Positions 21,197-45,770 of a stretch of DNA of 64,000 bases are shown piece by piece (position 1 is the first letter of the stretch; each line of letters opens with the position of its first letter). The notes under the pieces were generated by a model. It worked only from the letters and a program-made list of their open reading frames with translations. It was not told the origin of the DNA and did not search any database. The stretch spans positions 832,001-896,000 of the forward strand of contig OY729416.1 of the NCBI GenBank assembly GCA_963422265.1, given 5' to 3'. The position numbers and the translations under genes were made by a program. Source of the DNA: Thermodesulfobacteriota bacterium. GTDB taxonomy: Bacteria > Desulfobacterota_D > UBA1144 > Nemesobacterales > UBA2774.

Positions 21197-22484
21197 ATGC
21201 TGAGTAGCCAGGAAATAGAAGACATTATAAATAATAGAAGACATTATAAATAAAGGTGAAAGTGATCAGGTGGAATTTACTGAATCCATCAAAGACTTAG
21301 ACAAAATTCGGGAGGCAATTTGCGCCTTTGCTAACGATCTGCCTGCTCACGGGAAGCCCGGCTTCATATTCATAGGAATTAGGGATGATAAAAGTTGCGC
21401 CGACCTGAAGATTGATGACAAGTTATCACAAACTCTCGGCGGATTGCGAAGCGACGGCAAGATTCTCCCTTTTCCAAGCATGAATGTCACCAAACGGACC
21501 CTGAACGGCTGCGAAGTTGCCGTAATACAGGTGGAGCCTTCAGACAATCCGCCGATAAAAGTTGACGGTCGGTGTTGGATCCGAGTTGGACCAAGACGAG
21601 CTCAAGCTACCGCGGAGGAAGAACGCCTCCTCACAGAAAAAAGGCGTTGGGGAAACCTGCTCTACGATGCGCAGAGGGTGAGTGGCGCGTCCATAGATAA
21701 TGATTTGGATATGCGAAAATTTGAAAATGAATACCTGCCTAGTGCCGTGTCACCGGAAGTGTTGGAAGAGAACGACCGTAACCAGAAAGATCAACTACGT
21801 GCGCTGCGGCTGATAACTCAAGATGGAACGCCAACCGTTACGGCAATTCTCATGTTAGGCAAAGAACCTAACTATTGGTTTCCGGGTGCATACATTCAAT
21901 TTGTACGCTATGAAGGAAACGAGGTCACGGATGCCATTCTTAATAGCGTTAGCTTATTCGGCTCACTGCCGGATCAACTGCGCGAAGTAGATCGTCTTCT
22001 AAAACTGAACATCTCCACCGCTCTGAACACTCATGGGGAAAGGCACATTGAAGAACCGGATTACCCTTTTGCCGCGCTGCGCGAATTGGTCCGCAACGCG
22101 GTAATTCACCGGAACTACGAACATTTTAACGCTCCCGTGCGAGTCACGTGGTTTGTCGATAGCGTAGAAATCTGCAGCCCGGGATCAGCTTATGGTGCGG
22201 TAAACCGAGAAAATTTCGGGAAACCCGGTGCCACGGACTATCGCAACCCAACCATTGCGGAAGCCATAAGAAATTTAGGATTTATGCAAAAATTTGGAAT
22301 TGGTATCGCCAAGGCGCGCAAGGTACTGGAAGAAAACGGTAATCCCCAGCCAGGATTCTACGTCGGGCAAAACTTTGTTTTTGTCAAAGTGAAGAAACAA
22401 CAAGGGCGGCGTGGGAAAAACCTCGCTGGTCTATCATCTTGCATGGATATTCGGAGAGCTTGGGCACCGTGTCATTGCAGTTGA
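21197..22484 (+). pseudogene. AlbA_2 (Schlafen) plus RecG-C/HATPase_c_4 protein, frameshifted near its start and with a deleted 3' end
   Basis: AGGAG precedes ATG 21197. Removing one 19-bp duplicate restores MLSSQEIEDIINKGESDQVEFTES. Motifs ICAFAN, IFIGIRDD, ALRELVRNAVIHRNY and RNP.IAE are present. Confidence 0.8.
21214..21251. repeat. Perfect 19-bp tandem duplication causing the frameshift
   Basis: AATAGAAGACATTATAAAT x2. Confidence 0.93.
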
Positions 22485-23361
22485 TTTGGATCCCCAAGCT
22501 AACCTGAGTGGGATGTTCCTTGATGAAAACAAACTGAGAGAACTTTGGGAGGACAAGAAACAAACTATTGATGGGGACATTGCTCCTCTGTTTGAAGGAC
22601 TTGGAGACATTGCCGCGGAACCACATATTCAATCAATCAGGGAGCGGATCGGTTTATTGGTAGGAGACCTTTCCCTTTCCAAGCGCGAAGATGATCTATC
22701 AGAACAATGGCCGAAATGCCTGGGCAAAGATAATAGAGCATTTCGTGTTATAACCGCCTTCTCAAGGTTGATTGCAAACGCAAAAAAAAATTTCCAGGCA
22801 GATCTAGCACTAGTGGACGTTGGTCCTAACCTTGGCGCTATTAACAGAGCCTCACTTATAGCTAGCGACCACGTAGTAATACCGCTTGCCCCAGATTTAT
22901 TCTCACTGCAAGGTTTATCTAATGTGGGTCCGATGCTACGGGACTGGAGAGAGGCATGGAAAGACCGCACTGACCGGAAACCGGAAGACCTAAACATTGA
23001 ATTGCCCAAAGGTAGCATGAAACCTCTCGGCTATATAGTCATGCGACACTCAATCAGATTGCACCGTCCAGTAAAAGCATATCAGAGATGGATCGCAAGG
23101 ATACCCGCAGAATACAGGGAAGCCGTTTTGCAACAAAGCAACTCTGAATCGCCAGCAATCGAACACGATGAACACCTTCTGGCACATCTGAAAGATTATC
23201 GTTCGCTAATGCCCCTAGCGCAAGAGGCGAACAAGCCTATGTTTATGCTGAAACCCGCCGACGGCGTTATAGGCGCACAGCAGAATGCCGTTAGTAATTG
23301 TTACGAAGACTTCAAATCTCTTGCGGAGAATATAATTCACAAGCTAAGCAAGGAAACATAG
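22396..23361 (+). pseudogene. ParA/MinD-family ATPase lacking its native start
   Basis: The frame reads (TGA) R-NNKGGVGKTSLVYHLAW...VDLDPQANL...DVGPNLGAINR, with no start codon before the deviant Walker A motif. Confidence 0.78.
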
Positions 23362-23459
23362 ATAACTGCCCCTGCCCTCGCCCTCGAACAAATCGCCCAA
23401 ACCCTGAACTATGGGACCTACCAGAAACCTGGCGCGTACCAGAGATTGAGCGATTTTCA
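23362..23459 (+). pseudogene. Possible N-terminal remnant of a type III RM Res subunit
   Basis: AAGGA, then ATA (degenerate start), then TAPALALEQIAQTLNY, a frameshift, and DLPETWRVPEIERFS. This resembles the L..I...L....LP..W....I..FS start of Res proteins paired with this Mod family (recalled, not searched). Confidence 0.45.
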
Positions 23460-23814
23460 CCTTTAAGACTACTGCGAAGAAAACGGCGCTTCTTCGGTAA
23501 TATAAATGTAAATACAAATGTCAATAGCAAGCTCTGGCGGACGCTGATCAAACTCCAATTAGGACTCAATTAGCGACGTCATATTTACCACCCAAGAGAG
23601 CTTAAATTATTATGAGGACCTGCCTCATAGAGACGTGGTTACCAGGTTAAAGAAAAGAGATAAAAAGGATAGAAAATGAACAGAAAGAGTAAAGAAAAGT
23701 GCCGAGAAAGTAACAAAAAAAGATGGAAAATGAAAGAGAATAGCTAGTTCTAACAGCTTTTAACACCCCGTCAATAGAACCCCCCACTCCCTCACGTCAT
23801 TACCAACTTGCCCA

Positions 23815-23918
23815 TCATTCCCAGCTCTACTAGGAATCCAGATAGAGTATCGGGGGACGAGAGTTCATTCCCTACACAATCCCCCCCCCTTTGCAAACGG
23901 GGATATAGCGGGGGATTT
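23815..23918. repeat. Degenerate REP-like palindromic elements
   Basis: TCATTCCCAGCTCTACTAGGAATCCAG (23815-23841) and AATCCCCCCCCCTTTGCAAACGGGGATATAGCGGGGGATTT (23878-23918). Confidence 0.4.
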
Positions 23919-23953
23919 AATCTTTATTCTTTTAATCATAGCACATCTCCCCC

Positions 23954-39337
<15,384 letters not shown>

Positions 39338-39405
39338 AATACCTTCATACCTTCCACTTTAATAACTTCCTAAGTTTTTGTCAACAGGACACCCCCTTTT
39401 CTAAA

Positions 39406-39484
39406 TGGGGTGCGTGACCGGACTTGAACCGGCGGCCTCTGGGGCCACAACCCAGTGCTCTAACCAGGCTGAGCTACACGCACC
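39406..39484 (-). tRNA. tRNA-His(GTG)
   Basis: G-1, GTGCGTG acceptor stem, CTGGG-TTGTGGC-CCCAG anticodon arm, GGTTCAAGTCC and CCA. Confidence 0.95.
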
Positions 39485-39552
39485 ACTAATTTAACATAAC
39501 TTATCACAGGGTCTAAATACTAACACACAAACAACAAGAGACAAATAAGGAA

Positions 39553-39626
<74 letters not shown>

Positions 39627-39642
39627 ACGGAAAGAGCCAAAA

Positions 39643-40146
39643 TCAGAATCGTGGGGTGTATGCCAAGTTCTGAAGCCAGAAGTCTATTACGTATTCAACG
39701 CGTGGAAGTAGCATATTACTACGATACTTATCCAAATCAGGCAAGTGCACCCAACGGCATTCTATTATACCTTCTTCTATTTGAGGCGATACGTCAGCGT
39801 CATTACCTTTGTAATGAACCAAAAACCAATGTGTTTTCTTCATATATTTCGTCTTTCTGTGTCTAGTAGTATGCCAGGTGGAAACTAGCTTACCCTTAAT
39901 AGTAAGCTGGTTTTTACCCAACCCGGTCTCTTCGCTAATTTCCCGTAGAGCAGTCTTAACCGCGTCGGAATCGTTATCAAAACGACCCTTTGGTAAATCC
40001 CACGTGCCACGCTTAAATATAAGAAGTATATGATAATTATCATTATAGACCAAGCCACCAGCTGATTTAACCGTGGGCAAGTCCAACGTTTTCTGCAAGG
40101 TAAATTCTTGATCCATAGCCTTATCTATTGAGCTTTTCTCCTCCAT
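39643..40146 (-). CDS. NUDIX hydrolase
   Basis: SAGGLV and the Nudix box WDLPKG...[10 protein letters not shown]. Confidence 0.88.
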   Translation of the reverse strand: MEEKSSIDKAMDQEFTLQKTLDLPTVKSAGGLVYNDNYHILLIFKRGTWDLPKGRFDNDSDAVKTALREISEETGLGKNQLTIKGKLVSTWHTTRHRKTKYMKKTHWFLVHYKGNDADVSPQIEEGIIECRWVHLPDLDKYRSNMLLPRVEYVIDFWLQNLAYTPRF

Positions 40147-41035
40147 GCGGTGCTTTTTGATGATCAGTTATTTCTTTTAGCCCCGAGTGCTGAAGCTTAT
40201 TATTACCGTTAAAAGACACCCCATTCACCTCTATATTATACTTGTCAGTTGTATCCTCTCCAGTTAAAGGAATAAACTTTTTGTTTCCAACAGACTTGAC
40301 AACATATAGCATACAAGTAAGCCTCGATTCTTTTCTTGAATTTGAATTTATAACTACCCACGGCGATTTCTTAGAGGCAGTATATGCAAACATTTGCTCT
40401 TTATACTTTGTAAAGGTCTCCCACTTTTTTCTAGCGTGGAAATCGTTTTCTGAAAATTTCCAAAACTTGAGCGGATTGGACAACCTTTCCTGAAAGCGGT
40501 ATAACTGGTTTTCTGGATCAACGGATAAATAGAATTTCACCAGCATCAAGCCGTCATCAATGAGTTTATGCTCCCATTCTAAAACCTTGTGCATAAAGTA
40601 TTCATACTGAGCCTGCGTGCAATAACCCATAGTCGGTTCAATGAGGGAGCGGTTATACCAAGAACGATCAAAGAAAACGGTTTCACCCGGTTTGGGCAGG
40701 TGTTTTTCGTAACGATGAAACCAGTACTTAGACTCCTTTGGCGTTGGAACGCCCAAATCGACGGTACGGTAATACTTAGGCATTAAATTCTGCGTGAACC
40801 GCAAAATCGTAGAACCTTTACCCGCGGCGTCCCTGCCGTCAAACATTACACATAGGCGCTGTTCTAGCTTCACCACTTTTTGTTGAATAGTAAGAAGCTC
40901 TAACTGCAACCTGCGCTTCTCTATATGATAATCCTTTAGGCTAACTCCAGCGTACGGATTCTCAATATCCTCAGCTTTACTATCTGTAAGCTTCCTCATT
41001 ATTGGATATTCCCTCCGAATTATGATCTGCACCAT
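40121..41035 (-). CDS. ppk2: Polyphosphate kinase 2 (single-domain)
   Basis: GRDAAGKG Walker A, FDRSWYNR Walker B and PLKFWKFS. The start could be the second Met. Confidence 0.93.
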   Translation of the reverse strand: MVQIIIRREYPIMRKLTDSKAEDIENPYAGVSLKDYHIEKRRLQLELLTIQQKVVKLEQRLCVMFDGRDAAGKGSTILRFTQNLMPKYYRTVDLGVPTPKESKYWFHRYEKHLPKPGETVFFDRSWYNRSLIEPTMGYCTQAQYEYFMHKVLEWEHKLIDDGLMLVKFYLSVDPENQLYRFQERLSNPLKFWKFSENDFHARKKWETFTKYKEQMFAYTASKKSPWVVINSNSRKESRLTCMLYVVKSVGNKKFIPLTGEDTTDKYNIEVNGVSFNGNNKLQHSGLKEITDHQKAPHGGEKLNR

Positions 41036-41130
41036 TACTTCGGAAGAACAATAGATTATAAGCTACGCTACTAAAACTCAAAAAATCATCATTCTTATCA
41101 AGATCAGGCTAATCAAGATTGGGCTAATGA

Positions 41131-41207
41131 TGGTCGGGGTGAGAGGGCTCGAACCTCCGACCTCGGCGTCCCAAGCGCCGCGCGCTCCCAAACTGCGCTA
41201 CACCCCG
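41131..41207 (-). tRNA. tRNA-Pro(TGG)
   Basis: CGGGGTGTAGCGCAG...CGGCG-CTTGGGA-CGCCG...GGTTCGAGCC...CACCCCGACCA. Confidence 0.94.
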
Positions 41208-41317
41208 ACTCAAATCTGGACGACCATAATAATCCTAACTTAAAAAACGACGGAACGTTACGCCTGCCTTTTCTGAAGCTAAAACCTTAAATATGTACCG
41301 TAAAGTGAGTAGAAGAA

Positions 41318-41623
41318 TTACCCTAAATATTTGTCATATACGTCTTTTGCCCAGAATATTTCAGTTCCCGAAGAAAGAAGTGCAGTTTCCATAATGGTCT
41401 CTGCAATTTCCGCCTTGCTTATTTTGAGAGCGAGCGCCTTCTTTATCCTCGACTCAACGCAGTGGGGACACCTGCCGTGCACGGCTACGGCTATAGCTAT
41501 CAAAGCTTTTGTCCTAGGATCAAGCTTTGTTTCCCCTTCAACCGCCTTGTAAAATGACCACCAACCCTCCGCCATCTCTGGGGCATGCTTCTCAAACCAC
41601 CTTTGATCTTCTGCCACTTTCAA
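41318..41623 (-). CDS. Carboxymuconolactone decarboxylase/AhpD-family protein
   Basis: LDPRTKALIAIAVA...RCPHC (CxxC)...EIAE. Confidence 0.85.
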   Translation of the reverse strand: MKVAEDQRWFEKHAPEMAEGWWSFYKAVEGETKLDPRTKALIAIAVAVHGRCPHCVESRIKKALALKISKAEIAETIMETALLSSGTEIFWAKDVYDKYLG

Positions 41624-41764
41624 TACCTCCTTTCATAGGTCCGACACGTGCACCCTTGAGAAAATGGGGACGCGCGACCCAATATGTTTATTGTAGAGTT
41701 TAATCGGCTTAACAAGTTACGATACATGCTAAGATAGAATAAATAAAGTCAGATTCTCGCCTTT

Positions 41765-42310
41765 TTATCCCTCTTCCTTTATTTTCATGCTCCGCGCATA
41801 TAGCCCTCTTCCAGAGCCTACTTTATAGGCCGAATATCCAATTGGGTTTTTCTGATAATATTTTTGATGATAGCCCTCTGCGGGATAGAACTCCATCGCC
41901 GATCTAATCTCAGTTACGATTAGAGATTTATACCTGCCGGATTTGCTAAGGCTCGCCTTCGATCGCTCGGCAGCGTTCTTCTGATGGTCGTCGTGATAGA
42001 AAATAGCAGTTCTATAATGACCTCCTCTGTCCACAAACTGACCTCCGCCATCAGTAGGATCAATGTTGAGCCAAAAGACGTCGAGCAGTTGCTCATACGA
42101 GATTATAGACGTATCATAGATAATCTCAATTGATTCCAAGTGGTCCGTCATACCACGGCATACCTCGTGATACGTAGGATTGTTTTCCGTTCCACCCGTA
42201 TAGCCGACGGTGGTTGAAATTACGCCGCTCAAGTCATCGAATGGAGGCTGCATACACCAAAAGCATCCACCAGAGAAAGTTGCTTTCTTGTGCTTATTAT
42301 TTGTCAGCAT
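41765..42310 (-). CDS. msrA: Peptide-methionine (S)-S-oxide reductase
   Basis: GGCFWC, GYTGG, GQFVDRG and FYPAE.YHQ. Confidence 0.95.
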   Translation of the reverse strand: MLTNNKHKKATFSGGCFWCMQPPFDDLSGVISTTVGYTGGTENNPTYHEVCRGMTDHLESIEIIYDTSIISYEQLLDVFWLNIDPTDGGGQFVDRGGHYRTAIFYHDDHQKNAAERSKASLSKSGRYKSLIVTEIRSAMEFYPAEGYHQKYYQKNPIGYSAYKVGSGRGLYARSMKIKEEG

Positions 42311-42319
42311 AAGCGATTA

Positions 42320-44413
42320 TTACCCAATATATTGTTTGTGGAATTTTTTCATGCTACTAGGTTCACCAATCACGGTTAATCTGTCATTCTCTTTAAGTAC
42401 AGTGCTACCCCTGGGAACGATAATCTGCTCATCCCTCCTCACGAGTGCAACCAAACTACCCTCTGGCATGTGCACTTCACTTAAAGGCTTGCCAATCAAA
42501 AACTCCGCGGGAGTATTCTTATGAACGTAAATTGAATGAAATCTTTCATTATGTAAAAGCGCTTCTTTAAGCTGCTGTTCATCTTTAGCAATCTTCCAAT
42601 CAGCCATAAAGTGCTCGTATTCAACGTGCCTCGCAATCTGAGCTATCATACGAAGATGTTGAGTAGGTTTGTCAAGCGGGCTCAGCACGAAAAACATGGC
42701 GTATAGGATTTGCTTCTCTTCTTGGTCCGTAGCCGGATTATTAAACTGTATGCGAACGCCTAATCTGGAACGCACCATAACCATTTCCATCCGATCGAGA
42801 CCTTCTACGCGGGTGTGGGGGAGAGCTACGCCATGGGCTACCGGAGTTATACCTACTATAGTGCCTTCATAAAACTGCTTGCGCAGATTATCATAAGTTT
42901 CCGGCACGTATTGCGTCAGCAACTTGCTTACCCTTTCTACAATCTCTTCAAACCCAACGTCATTGACGTCAATAACATGGCTTCTAGCCACTAACTCATC
43001 AAATAGGTCACCTTTTCTAAGCTCTTTCTCCTTAAGAATACCCCTAAGCTCACGGTCAAGTTGATTATTACGGGATTGTCCCAGTTGCTCAAAATAATGG
43101 TAGATAGCTCCGATCCTTCCCACCTTGCTCCTAACGTAATAACAATACCAAACGACACCTATACATACCATTCCCACGGTGAATATCGTAGTCCAAGCAC
43201 CCATTTCACTAAGCAGCCACAATGATGCAAAAACACCGAAAATCTGCATCCATGGATATAGAGGAGAATGATACCCCGGATCGTAAGAATCTATTTTGCT
43301 TTCCCTCATTACAATTACCGCCAGACACACGAACATAAACATTAGTAGTTGAAAGGCGCTAGCTATCTTAACAATCTTGGTCGTATCAAGAAGCAAAAGG
43401 ACGACGACAATCGCGCCGACCGTAAAGGCAACCGAGTAAAAGGGCGCTCCGCTTTTGCCGAGTCTTTGAAAGAAACCCGGCATCATAAGATCCCTGCTCA
43501 TAGCAAGGGGATAGCGTGAAGCGCTCATCGTCCCGGCGTTCGCAACAGAGACGAAGGCTAACAAAGCAGCGAAAGTAACTAAAACAATTCCATATTCGCC
43601 GAAAAGAATTCCAGCCACAGTCGCCACTGGCGCTAGATCTCCAGCCAACTCATCTTTAGGAACGACTCCAACCATAACTGTGGTTCCAACACCGTAAACC
43701 AGCACTGCCGTCCCTACTGCAAGGAATATTCCTAGCGGTAGGTTACGCTCGGGATTCTCTACCTCTTCGGATACGCTCGCAACCTTGGTAACGCCTATGT
43801 AGCTTATATAGACCATCGCCGCCGTGGAAACTATTGGGGTAAAACCGGCGTCAAAAAAACCTGCAAAATTAACTGAGGAGATTTCCGTAACCCCTTTTCC
43901 TAAAACGCCCGCCAGTATAGCAAGTAAAATAATCACTAAAAAGACCTGCACCCTTCCACTAGACTTGGCGCCGAGAACGTTGATAAATCCGAACAATATC
44001 GCTATTCCAATCGCCACGGGCTTTATCGGCAACTCAGGCAGAAACAAACCCACGTAAACACCGATCCCTATCAAAGCGAAGGCTACTTTTAATACTAGAG
44101 AAAGCCAAGTTCCTATACCTCCTATAGTGCCGAAAAGGGGACCTAGAGACCTATCCATAAAATAATAAACACCACCTGCCCGCGGCATAGCTGTAGTTAG
44201 CTCAACTACGCTGAATATGGCTGGTATGATGGGGAGCGCTGCTATTAAATAAGCGATTACAATCGCATTACCAGCCTGAATCGCGGCAATACCAGGAAGA
44301 AGAAAAAATCCGGCGCTCAAAGTAGTGCCCGTCGCCAGAGCGTAAACGTCAAAGAGCTTGAGATCCTTTTTGAGACGTTGTTGTTTGTCAGAACTCTGCA
44401 TAAGGCTATCCAT
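42320..44413 (-). CDS. APC-family amino acid permease fused to PTS EIIA-like and RCK-C (TrkA-C) domains
   Basis: Polytopic APC core (MPRAGG.Y, EEVENPERNLP, ASRYP), GVALPH EIIA motif and IIVPRGSTVL..NDRL RCK-C motif. Confidence 0.85.
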   Translation of the reverse strand: MDSLMQSSDKQQRLKKDLKLFDVYALATGTTLSAGFFLLPGIAAIQAGNAIVIAYLIAALPIIPAIFSVVELTTAMPRAGGVYYFMDRSLGPLFGTIGGIGTWLSLVLKVAFALIGIGVYVGLFLPELPIKPVAIGIAILFGFINVLGAKSSGRVQVFLVIILLAILAGVLGKGVTEISSVNFAGFFDAGFTPIVSTAAMVYISYIGVTKVASVSEEVENPERNLPLGIFLAVGTAVLVYGVGTTVMVGVVPKDELAGDLAPVATVAGILFGEYGIVLVTFAALLAFVSVANAGTMSASRYPLAMSRDLMMPGFFQRLGKSGAPFYSVAFTVGAIVVVLLLLDTTKIVKIASAFQLLMFMFVCLAVIVMRESKIDSYDPGYHSPLYPWMQIFGVFASLWLLSEMGAWTTIFTVGMVCIGVVWYCYYVRSKVGRIGAIYHYFEQLGQSRNNQLDRELRGILKEKELRKGDLFDELVARSHVIDVNDVGFEEIVERVSKLLTQYVPETYDNLRKQFYEGTIVGITPVAHGVALPHTRVEGLDRMEMVMVRSRLGVRIQFNNPATDQEEKQILYAMFFVLSPLDKPTQHLRMIAQIARHVEYEHFMADWKIAKDEQQLKEALLHNERFHSIYVHKNTPAEFLIGKPLSEVHMPEGSLVALVRRDEQIIVPRGSTVLKENDRLTVIGEPSSMKKFHKQYIG

Positions 44414-44490
44414 AAAAGTCTGCAGCTACCCTTATTTCAAATAAATAGACAGGTGATTATAGCTAATAAGAATAAAAAGATATACTTAAA

Positions 44491-45606
44491 TCAGACACGC
44501 GATTCTGACGTAATATCCATTTTTAGACCGTCCTGCATCTTTCGCCTTTCAATCGCGAGATCAATTAGTTTTGAGATGAGTTCTGAATAAGTAATTCCGC
44601 TCACCTCCCAGAGCTTGGGATACATACTCACCTCGGTGAAACCTGGAATAGTATTTATCTCACTCACAAACATGTCCCCCGTCTCACCTTCAATAAGAAA
44701 GTCAACCCTACCCATACCGCTGCAATCGAGAACTTTATAAGTTTTGACGGCTAGATTTCTAAGAACACTAGCGCTAAGGCCATCAAGCTCGGCTGGCGCT
44801 ATAAGCTCAGTTGTCTTTTCAAGATACTTAGCCTCGTAATCGTAAAACTCCCTGTGCGAAACAATTTCACCCGGAACAGAAGTTATCGGCTCTTCGTTAC
44901 CAAGTACGCTGATCTCTATTTCTCTCGGCTTTAGAACAGCTTTTTCTACTAGGACGCGATTTGAGAATCGACACGAGAAATCAACCGCTCCTTCTATATC
45001 ATTTTCAGATGTAACTTTTCTGATACCAATGCTTGAGCCAAGATCCGCTGATTTGATGAAACACGGAACTCCTATTTCACTAAGAATCCGATCTTCAAGC
45101 AAGTGCCTATTTGACTTCCAATCATGGCTGTAAAAACCAATATAATCGACTACAGGCAGTCCCGCTTCTTTTAAGACTGATTTCATAATTATCTTATCCA
45201 TACCAACTGACGAACCGAGCACAGAAGCTCCTACGGATGGGACGTTCATGAGTTCTAGCACCCCCTGCACCGTTCCATCCTCACCATAGGTGCCATGAAG
45301 AACTGGGAACATGACGTTTATTTCATGCTCTGAAAGGATCCTATTATTTTCTATCTCGTAAAATACTGGCTTCTCCGGATTAAGCGATGGCGTAAGAGTA
45401 GAACTTTCAGAAAACGCAGGCTGCTTCCCCTCTAGCCAGTTTCCAACTGATGCCCTTCTCCACGTTCCATTTTTCTCAATAAGAACCGGGAAGACCTCAT
45501 ATTTGTCAGGATCCATATGTGCAACAATTGATTTAGCGGAAAGAAGAGAGATTTCATGCTCGACCGATCTTCCACCAAAAATCACCCCGATTTTTAGCTT
45601 GGACAA
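44491..45606 (-). CDS. ddl: D-alanine--D-alanine ligase
   Basis: GGRSVEHEIS, LHGTYGEDG, GSSIG, FYDYEAKY and EINTIPGFT. Confidence 0.96.
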   Translation of the reverse strand: MSKLKIGVIFGGRSVEHEISLLSAKSIVAHMDPDKYEVFPVLIEKNGTWRRASVGNWLEGKQPAFSESSTLTPSLNPEKPVFYEIENNRILSEHEINVMFPVLHGTYGEDGTVQGVLELMNVPSVGASVLGSSVGMDKIIMKSVLKEAGLPVVDYIGFYSHDWKSNRHLLEDRILSEIGVPCFIKSADLGSSIGIRKVTSENDIEGAVDFSCRFSNRVLVEKAVLKPREIEISVLGNEEPITSVPGEIVSHREFYDYEAKYLEKTTELIAPAELDGLSASVLRNLAVKTYKVLDCSGMGRVDFLIEGETGDMFVSEINTIPGFTEVSMYPKLWEVSGITYSELISKLIDLAIERRKMQDGLKMDITSESRV

Positions 45607-45700
45607 TTCATTGTATCTCCTTTTAGAATAACTATCTAATTAGAATAAATATCTAACGGCTTACCCAAACTAAGCTAGGCTGTCAAGAAATATCCAAAAC

Positions 45701-45728
45701 TTGAAAATACAATATCTCAATGTATAAT
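45701..45728 (+). promoter_or_regulatory. Sigma70-like promoter for the thiolase gene
   Basis: TTGAAA-16 bp-TATAAT. Confidence 0.55.
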
Positions 45729-45770
45729 TATACAGGTTTTTTCTACTTAAAGATAAAGGAGGTTAGAACA

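Noticed and set aside
23298-23573. ORFs 23298..23573 (+) and 23312..23569 (-) as real genes
   Set aside because: They overlap the ParA end and are better explained by the frameshifted Res-like remnant plus decayed sequence.
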